Made by a program: the position numbers and the translations under genes
The notes under the pieces: model-generated
Told to the model about the DNA's origin: nothing
What the model saw: the letters and a program-made list of their open reading frames with translations, nothing else
The model's database searches: none
Origin: an uncultured Ignavibacteriales bacterium
GTDB taxonomy: Bacteria; Zixibacteria; MSB-5A5; GN15; JAAZOE01
Direction of reading: 5' to 3'
Assembly: GCA_964611355.1 (NCBI GenBank)
Contig: CAZSYD010000004.1
Span: 9,034 to 73,033 of the forward strand
DNA length: 64,000 nt
In this document: positions 58,241 through 64,000 of the stretch, piece after piece
Layout of the letters: every line of letters starts with the position of its first letter
Position numbering within the stretch: the first letter of the stretch is position 1

Positions 58241-60080
58241 CGAGTTCCTCCTCGCTGATCTTGATGAAGGTAGGCCTTCCATGGGGACAACAATAAGGGT
58301 TGTTCATGGCAAAGAGCTTCAGGACCAGGCTCCTGACCTCCTCATCGGTGAGCCGGTCACCGGCCATGACCGCCGCCCTGCAGGCAAGAGATTGAGCCAC
58401 CGATTTAATCAGTTCTCCGCCTGCTTTGTTAAGCTGGGATATATCATCGAGGAGAACACGCAGCAGACGGGAAGGATTCCCGTCCCGAAATACCGGCGGC
58501 ATAGCATTAACTATGACGGCGTTTTGCCCAAACGGTTCGACCTCAAAGCCAAGCTTGCTCAGTACTTCGTTGCTACCCTCATAGATAATATATTCCTCGG
58601 CCGAAAGTTCCACCGTCTCCGGAAAAAGTAGTTTTTGAGCCGCGGCGCTGCCCTTTTCGACCTGCTCCAGAGCATCCTCATAGAGAACCCGTTCATGAGC
58701 TGCATGCTGGTCGAAGATGTATAGTTGACCTTTAATCGTAATCAGCAGGTAAACTCTTCCCGTCTTTCCAAGATAAACAATATCATCGGCCACGATAGAA
58801 TCGACGGATACCTTTTCACCAGATTCAACTTCTTTCACGGGTTGCGTATTATCGCAGCCTGTCCCGGTCTCAATCGCCGACCCGCCCGGGTAGGAAAACC
58901 GGCCCTGTATCTTTGCCTGACGACGATCCTGACCGACGAAAAAAGAAGGTTCTCGTCGCGGAACAACCGGCTGGGTTTTGAAAGACTTCCCGGCCGCAGG
59001 CCTGGTTGTTTCTTCGGGGGCCGGGCCAAAAGTCGTTTTCCCGGCAGAAGGAACCATCCGCCAGTCGCGCATCGCCTTTTTGACTATTCGATATAGATTA
59101 TCGTGAATAGCCCGTTCATCGGACAGGCGCACTTCCGCCTTGGTCGGATGAACATTGACATCAAGTCGCTCCGGATCAACGCTTATATAGACGCAGGCCA
59201 GAGGATACCGTCCGGCAGGCAGAAATTCGCCGTAACCGGAAGTCAAGGCATGAATCACGCTCGAAGAAGTTACCGTCCGGCCGTTGATAAACAGGCAAAT
59301 TCGCGTCCTGTCCTGCCGCGCCTGACTGGGGTGAGCCAAATAAACCAGATACGATACATCTCCCAATTCAACGTTATATTCCACGATACGGTCGCGGTCA
59401 ACTCTAAAAAGCATAGCCATTCGTTCGGCAATCGGCTGGTCGGCGGGAAGCCGAAAGGTTTCCCGTTCATTAAGGTTAAGGCTGACAGCGCAGGACGGTT
59501 TGCTTAACGCCATCCGTTCCGCGACCCTGATTATTTGCCGCGATTCAGTCGTTTCAGCTTTTAGAAACTTGCGTCTTGCCGGAGTATTAAAAAACAGATG
59601 CGAAACTTCGACCCTGGTTCCAACCTGTGACGGGGCCGGTTTGGATTCGATTTCGCGGCCGCCCTCTATGATAACTTGTCGCCCCTCTTTTTCCGTGAAA
59701 TGGCGGGTAGTCAATATCATATGCGAGACTGAGGCAATTGAAGGGAGGGCCTCTCCCCTGAATCCGAACGATTGCACGGCAAACAGTTCGTCGAGGTTGT
59801 CGATCTTTGAAGTGGCATGGCGGCTGAAGGCCAATTTGAGTTGATCCGAATGGATGCCGCAGCCGTTGTCAGCAATGGAGATATATGTCGTTCCGGCTTT
59901 TCGGGCAATTATATCAACCGCGGCAGCGCCTGCATCAAACGAATTTTCAACCAGTTCCTTGACCACTGAAGCGGGGCGTTCGATGACCTCTCCGGCCGCA
60001 ATCTTGTTTATCAATACCCGGTCAAGCTGCCTGATCGGCCGGTTAAACCGGCTGTCATTAAAATCAATTGTCATCGACAT
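58218..60080 (-). CDS. mutL: DNA mismatch repair protein MutL
   Basis: IAAGEVIERPASVVKELVENSFDAGA, DNGCGI, GFRGEAL. The C-terminal dimerisation domain contains QHAAHERVLYE and CPHGRP. Confidence 0.95.
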   Translation of the reverse strand: MSMTIDFNDSRFNRPIRQLDRVLINKIAAGEVIERPASVVKELVENSFDAGAAAVDIIARKAGTTYISIADNGCGIHSDQLKLAFSRHATSKIDNLDELFAVQSFGFRGEALPSIASVSHMILTTRHFTEKEGRQVIIEGGREIESKPAPSQVGTRVEVSHLFFNTPARRKFLKAETTESRQIIRVAERMALSKPSCAVSLNLNERETFRLPADQPIAERMAMLFRVDRDRIVEYNVELGDVSYLVYLAHPSQARQDRTRICLFINGRTVTSSSVIHALTSGYGEFLPAGRYPLACVYISVDPERLDVNVHPTKAEVRLSDERAIHDNLYRIVKKAMRDWRMVPSAGKTTFGPAPEETTRPAAGKSFKTQPVVPRREPSFFVGQDRRQAKIQGRFSYPGGSAIETGTGCDNTQPVKEVESGEKVSVDSIVADDIVYLGKTGRVYLLITIKGQLYIFDQHAAHERVLYEDALEQVEKGSAAAQKLLFPETVELSAEEYIIYEGSNEVLSKLGFEVEPFGQNAVIVNAMPPVFRDGNPSRLLRVLLDDISQLNKAGGELIKSVAQSLACRAAVMAGDRLTDEEVRSLVLKLFAMNNPYCCPHGRPTFIKISEEELDGRFGRT

Positions 60081-62679
60081 TTTTCTTCAGAGAAACTAAA
60101 ATTTCCAGAGCCTCAAGAGGCGTCAGTTTATTAACATCAGTCTGCCTGATTTTCTCCTCCACTTCCGAGCTAACCTGCTTTGAGGCCGCCTCAAAAAGCG
60201 TCGGCTGGTTAAGCCTGACGTGCACGCCTTTGGCCAACTCGGATTTGGCGAATTTCCCGGATTCCAGCAGGCGCAAAATCTCGCGCGCCCGTTTTATCGT
60301 ATCTTTAGGCAAACCGGCCAGCCGAGCCACCTCTATGCCGTACGAATCATCACAACCGCCGGGGGCTACCTGGTGAAGAAAAACAATCTCTTTCCCCCAC
60401 TTTTTGACCGTCACCTGGAAATTCTTGATGCGGGAATAAATGCCCGCAAGACCGGTCATTTCATGGTAATGCGTGGCGAATAAAGTTCGCGGCGTTCCGT
60501 TGGGATGATTATAAATCGATTCGGCTACCGCCCAGGCTACTGAAAGACCGTCAAAGGTTGATGTCCCTCTCCCGATTTCGTCGAGAAGCAAAAGCGACCG
60601 GTCGGTTTTATTATGCAGGATATTGGCCGTTTCGACCATTTCGACCAGAAAAGTTGACTGTCCGCGGGTCAGGCTATCGGTGGCGCCGACGCGGGTAAAG
60701 ACGCGATCAATGATCCCGATTTCAGCCGATTCGGCGGGCACAAACGAACCGATTTGAGCCAGAATAACAATCAATCCGGTCTGGCGCAGCCAGGTTGATT
60801 TGCCCGACATATTCGGGCCGGTCAGGATGATCATGGAGGTATCGCTGTCATTGAGGGTCACGTCATTGGCGACGAAATTGCCGGATCCGAGAATTCGGCC
60901 CAGAACCGGATGACGCCCCTGAATAATCCTGATGTTTCGTTCCCCGGTTATCACCGGCCTGATATATTTTTCCTGCCGGGCCAGGACAGCCAATGAGTTC
61001 GTCAGATCGATCTCCGCCAGAAGATCGGCCAGAGACATCAAATGGGGCAGGTCGGAAGCAACTTTGTCAACAAGACAATGAAAAAGTTCTTCTTCAAGCC
61101 GGTTGATTTTTTCCTCGGCTTCGAGAATCAGGCTTTCCTTTTCTTTCATCTCTTCTGTGATATACCGCTCGGCATTAACAAGAGTCTGCTTGCGGATATA
61201 ATTCGATGGTACCTTTTTAGCGTGCATCCTGGTTACTTCGATGTAATAGCCGAAGACCTTATTAAAACCGACTTTCAAAGACGGTATGCCGGTTCTTTTC
61301 TTTTCCGAGGCCGCCAGACCGGCAATCCAGGCGCGGGCGTCTTTGATGGATAGATTCAGATGATCCAGTTCCTGCGAGTAATGTTCCTTGATAATTTTGC
61401 CACCGGTAACCGACAACGGCGCATCTTCTTTGACGGCGCGGTCAATCTCATCCGCGATTGAGGTTAAATCCGGCATGGATGTATAAATTTTTTGCAGCAT
61501 CGACGAAGCCGCGCCGGAGAGCAGCCTTTTTACATTATCTGCCGTACGGATCGAGTCACGGATCGACAGGAGCGTCCTTGGGCCGGCTTTACCCAGACCA
61601 AGCCGACCGGAGAGCCGCTCCAGATCGGGCATCGCCTTGAATTTCCCGGAAAGTATGCCGGACAAATCAACCTTTTCAAACAGTTCGGCCACGCCATCGA
61701 GCCGATAATCAATCTTCTCTTTTTCGACGAACGGAGCCGCCACGCATCGTCTCAACCGGCGAGCCCCGGCCGCTGAGCCGGTATGGTTAATTGCCCAGAA
61801 GAAGGAATGCTTTTCACCGCCGGTTGACAGGTTGGTAAAAAGCTCCAGGTTGCGCACGGTGGCCGCATCAAGCGTCATCCTTTTTTCGCCTCGGCCGACC
61901 TTGATTTCGGTGATATGTTTAAGGCTATCCTGCTTATTATCCTGCAGGTAGCGATATATGGCGCCGGCCGCGGAGACAGCCAGGTTCATACCGTCGAGAC
62001 CGAAACCATCAAGGGTTGCCACGGAGAAAAAACGGCAGAGACGCTCGCGGCTCAGGCGAAAATCAAAATATATCTCCTCCAGGAACGTAAGACTGCCCGC
62101 CATACAATCCTGCATAAAAGACCGGGGCAACAGGTTCTCTTTTTCGCCTTCAGGAAACAACAACTCTTTTGGCGGGAATGCTTGCAACTGATCGTAAATT
62201 AGATCGGGTTCGTTTTCCGTAACCGTAAATTCACCGGTGGACAGTTCCAGACGCGCCAGGGCCATCCTCTTCTTATTGCCACACGCGGCCGCCAGATAAG
62301 AATGGTCGGAAGGGTTAAGAGTTGTTTCGGCGATTGACGTTCCGGGGGTGACGATTTCGACCACGTCTCGCCTGACAATCCCTTTGGCTTTTTTGGGGTC
62401 TTCCACCTGTTCGCAAATGACGACTTTCCTGCCGGCTTCAATCAGGCGGGGCAAATATTTATCAACGGCGTGATATGGAATTCCACAGAGAGGAATGGCC
62501 TTTCCCTTGTCTACCGAGCGCGAGGTCAGGGCAATGCCCAGAATCGGCGCCGCCTCGATGGCGTCTTCGCCGAACATTTCGTAGAAATCGCCCATGCGAA
62601 AAAACAGTATCTTGTCGGGATATTGAGCTTTGAAATTGAGGTACTGCCGCATCATTGGAGTGACGCCGCTATTTTTCAT
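60064..62679 (-). CDS. mutS: DNA mismatch repair protein MutS
   Basis: TPMMRQYLNFKAQYPDKILFFRMGDFYEMF. Walker A GPNMSGKST. DEIGRGTSTFDG. Confidence 0.96.
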   Translation of the reverse strand: MKNSGVTPMMRQYLNFKAQYPDKILFFRMGDFYEMFGEDAIEAAPILGIALTSRSVDKGKAIPLCGIPYHAVDKYLPRLIEAGRKVVICEQVEDPKKAKGIVRRDVVEIVTPGTSIAETTLNPSDHSYLAAACGNKKRMALARLELSTGEFTVTENEPDLIYDQLQAFPPKELLFPEGEKENLLPRSFMQDCMAGSLTFLEEIYFDFRLSRERLCRFFSVATLDGFGLDGMNLAVSAAGAIYRYLQDNKQDSLKHITEIKVGRGEKRMTLDAATVRNLELFTNLSTGGEKHSFFWAINHTGSAAGARRLRRCVAAPFVEKEKIDYRLDGVAELFEKVDLSGILSGKFKAMPDLERLSGRLGLGKAGPRTLLSIRDSIRTADNVKRLLSGAASSMLQKIYTSMPDLTSIADEIDRAVKEDAPLSVTGGKIIKEHYSQELDHLNLSIKDARAWIAGLAASEKKRTGIPSLKVGFNKVFGYYIEVTRMHAKKVPSNYIRKQTLVNAERYITEEMKEKESLILEAEEKINRLEEELFHCLVDKVASDLPHLMSLADLLAEIDLTNSLAVLARQEKYIRPVITGERNIRIIQGRHPVLGRILGSGNFVANDVTLNDSDTSMIILTGPNMSGKSTWLRQTGLIVILAQIGSFVPAESAEIGIIDRVFTRVGATDSLTRGQSTFLVEMVETANILHNKTDRSLLLLDEIGRGTSTFDGLSVAWAVAESIYNHPNGTPRTLFATHYHEMTGLAGIYSRIKNFQVTVKKWGKEIVFLHQVAPGGCDDSYGIEVARLAGLPKDTIKRAREILRLLESGKFAKSELAKGVHVRLNQPTLFEAASKQVSSEVEEKIRQTDVNKLTPLEALEILVSLKKNVDDN

Positions 62680-63676
62680 CGTTGACCACTACCTTGAAGA
62701 CATCGTTCTCGCCGAGTTCCAGTTTTTCTCTGGCTGTCTGCGCTTCGTGCAGCGTATTGAACCGTCCGGCGAGGACAACATAATAGGTTTTGCCGGATAT
62801 GACTTTTTTCCTGATTTTCGCCTTATATCCATAGGCTTTGATACGTTTGGACATCTCATTGGCATTGTCCCTGACGCCGAAAACGCCCACCTGAACCGAA
62901 TAAGTTATCCCTTCAAAAACTTCGGTCGATTCCCGGCCGGACTGCTTTTCGGATACGCCCTTCAGCGCCGCCAGAAGCTCGTCCTGTCCTATGGCATGCT
63001 GATATTGCTCGCGAAGGATATTATAGTTCAAAAGCGCCCGCTCGGCCTCGTTTTTTCTCAGGGCTATTTTTGAAAGCATGATCAGACTAACCGGCGTCAG
63101 GTCATCGCCGGGCGAATTGTTTATACGACGGCACAGGGTCGTAGCCGTTTTATAGTGACCCTTTCCAAACGCCGCATCGGCCTTTACCAGTCGAGCGCCC
63201 TGGCCAAAGAAGGAACCGGGCGATTCACCGATCAGCAAATCCAGATAGCGTTCCTGTCGATCTCTTCCCTTGCAGGAATGGGCCGCCATCAGGGCCAGAA
63301 GTTGATGGCGATAAGGGCTGGCTTCCCACTTATCAAGAAAGACCGAACCACGGGTGAGGACGTCGGCGGTGTCGCCGGCGGCTTCGGCCAGCTGAATAAG
63401 ACGAAAATGGGCTTCCTCGATATACTTGCCGTCAAGGTCTGATTTAATGGCTGTTTTCAGCAAATTGCGTGCGGCCGAGCCGCCCACTTCAAACAGCGCC
63501 GAAATAAAAAGACGGTTGCCGTCTCTCGTGGTACTTGACGGTAAACGACGGTACTCCTCTATGGCTGGTTTTATTTCGCCCCGGGTAAAGTGGGCATAGA
63601 TTTTATCGACTTGGGCGTCGGCCCTAAGAGGTGCGGCGACCCAAAAGGCAATTAATGCGATTATTATCGGCTTCAT
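62669..63676 (-). CDS. Periplasmic TPR-like + SPOR domain protein
   Basis: Signal peptide. Helical repeats. C-terminal SPOR domain YSVQVGVFGVRDNANEMSKRIKAYGYKAKIRKKVISGKTYYVVLAGRFNTLHEA. Confidence 0.75.
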   Translation of the reverse strand: MKPIIIALIAFWVAAPLRADAQVDKIYAHFTRGEIKPAIEEYRRLPSSTTRDGNRLFISALFEVGGSAARNLLKTAIKSDLDGKYIEEAHFRLIQLAEAAGDTADVLTRGSVFLDKWEASPYRHQLLALMAAHSCKGRDRQERYLDLLIGESPGSFFGQGARLVKADAAFGKGHYKTATTLCRRINNSPGDDLTPVSLIMLSKIALRKNEAERALLNYNILREQYQHAIGQDELLAALKGVSEKQSGRESTEVFEGITYSVQVGVFGVRDNANEMSKRIKAYGYKAKIRKKVISGKTYYVVLAGRFNTLHEAQTAREKLELGENDVFKVVVNDEK

Positions 63677-64000
63677 GTTTTGACGGGTTCAAAAGAATCG
63701 ACCGCCTTGCAACGGGGACACAGCCAGACCATCTTTTGAGAATCAAGATTGCAGCTCTTACAGCGGTAACTTCCCACTTCCCGCTCGACGGCCATCTTGA
63801 TGATCTGCTTGAATAAAGCATCGGTGGCCTCTTTTTTGCCGGAGTCCCTATTGAGACGATACAAACCAAGTTTAACCAGCATCGAATCGGGTTGACTGTC
63901 CTGGGCAGCTACATAATGCTCGCGGGCGGAATCGATGTCCCCTTTTTTCTCCTGAAAATAAGCAAGCTCCAGCCTGGCCGTCTTATGCTCCGGATAGGCT
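63673..64000 (-). CDS. lapB: LapB (YciM)-like TPR protein with C-terminal rubredoxin-type zinc finger; N-terminus beyond the right window edge
   Basis: The reading frame stays open upstream of the track's Met to the window end (AYPEHKTARLELAYFQEKKGDIDSAREHYVAAQD..., TPR). The C-terminus YRCKSCNLDSQKMVWLCPRCKAVDSF is the LapB-type CxxC...CxxC. Confidence 0.6.
   Translation of the reverse strand, partial: AYPEHKTARLELAYFQEKKGDIDSAREHYVAAQDSQPDSMLVKLGLYRLNRDSGKKEATDALFKQIIKMAVEREVGSYRCKSCNLDSQKMVWLCPRCKAVDSFEPVKT

Noticed and set aside
1-64000. A search for CRISPR arrays, IS elements or transposases, integrases, prophage genes, tRNA, rRNA, tmRNA and RNase P RNA signatures.
   Set aside because: I saw no regularly spaced repeats, no DDE, tyrosine or serine recombinase motifs, and no cloverleaf-like or conserved RNA motifs by eye. 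A tRNAscan/Infernal run would be needed to exclude small RNAs formally.

Overview
This is a 64-kb chromosomal window with dense coding and most genes on the minus strand. I found no rRNA, tRNA, CRISPR array, transposase or integrase. The organism looks like an uncultured-type Gram-negative bacterium. Two proteins carry T9SS-type C-terminal sorting domains (NYPNPFNP...), AGGAGG-type Shine-Dalgarno sites are common, and an HrcA/CIRCE heat-shock system is present. Together these suggest a non-Bacteroidetes FCB-group lineage, but that is inference only.

Recognisable housekeeping blocks:
- FMN riboswitch followed by ribD-ribE-ribBA-ribH-nusB.
- CIRCE followed by hrcA-grpE-dnaK-dnaJ-prmA-rsmE-pilD.
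- efp and an RNase HIII-like gene.
- purD-purE.
- An HU gene followed by an unannotated 31-codon bS22-like micro-ORF.
- sppA and an mltD-like gene.
- lapB-SPOR-mutS-mutL-miaA.

Accessory or unusual content:
1. A six-gene, translationally coupled envelope glycosylation operon (15.7-24.2 kb) with two different GT-C membrane glycosyltransferases (GT39/PMT-like and DUF2723/TMEM260-like with a TPR tail), plus GT2, a UPF0104 flippase-like protein, GT4 and an SDR epimerase.
2. A WYL regulator divergent from an operon encoding an anchored 672-aa protein, an OM beta-barrel and a T9SS-sorted M6 protease.
3. A decayed pilus/secretin locus next to an intact pilin.
4. A GAF sensor with a His-less DHp domain and no ATPase domain, followed by a lone receiver.
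5. Several novel secreted repeat proteins: a 7-repeat propeller-like T9SS protein with a cohesin-like module, a 3-module repeat protein, a DUF4384-PEGA protein with a Ser/Lys/Gly tandem-repeat tail, and a dockerin-bearing HEXXH protein.

All family assignments come from motif recognition by eye. No database search was run.
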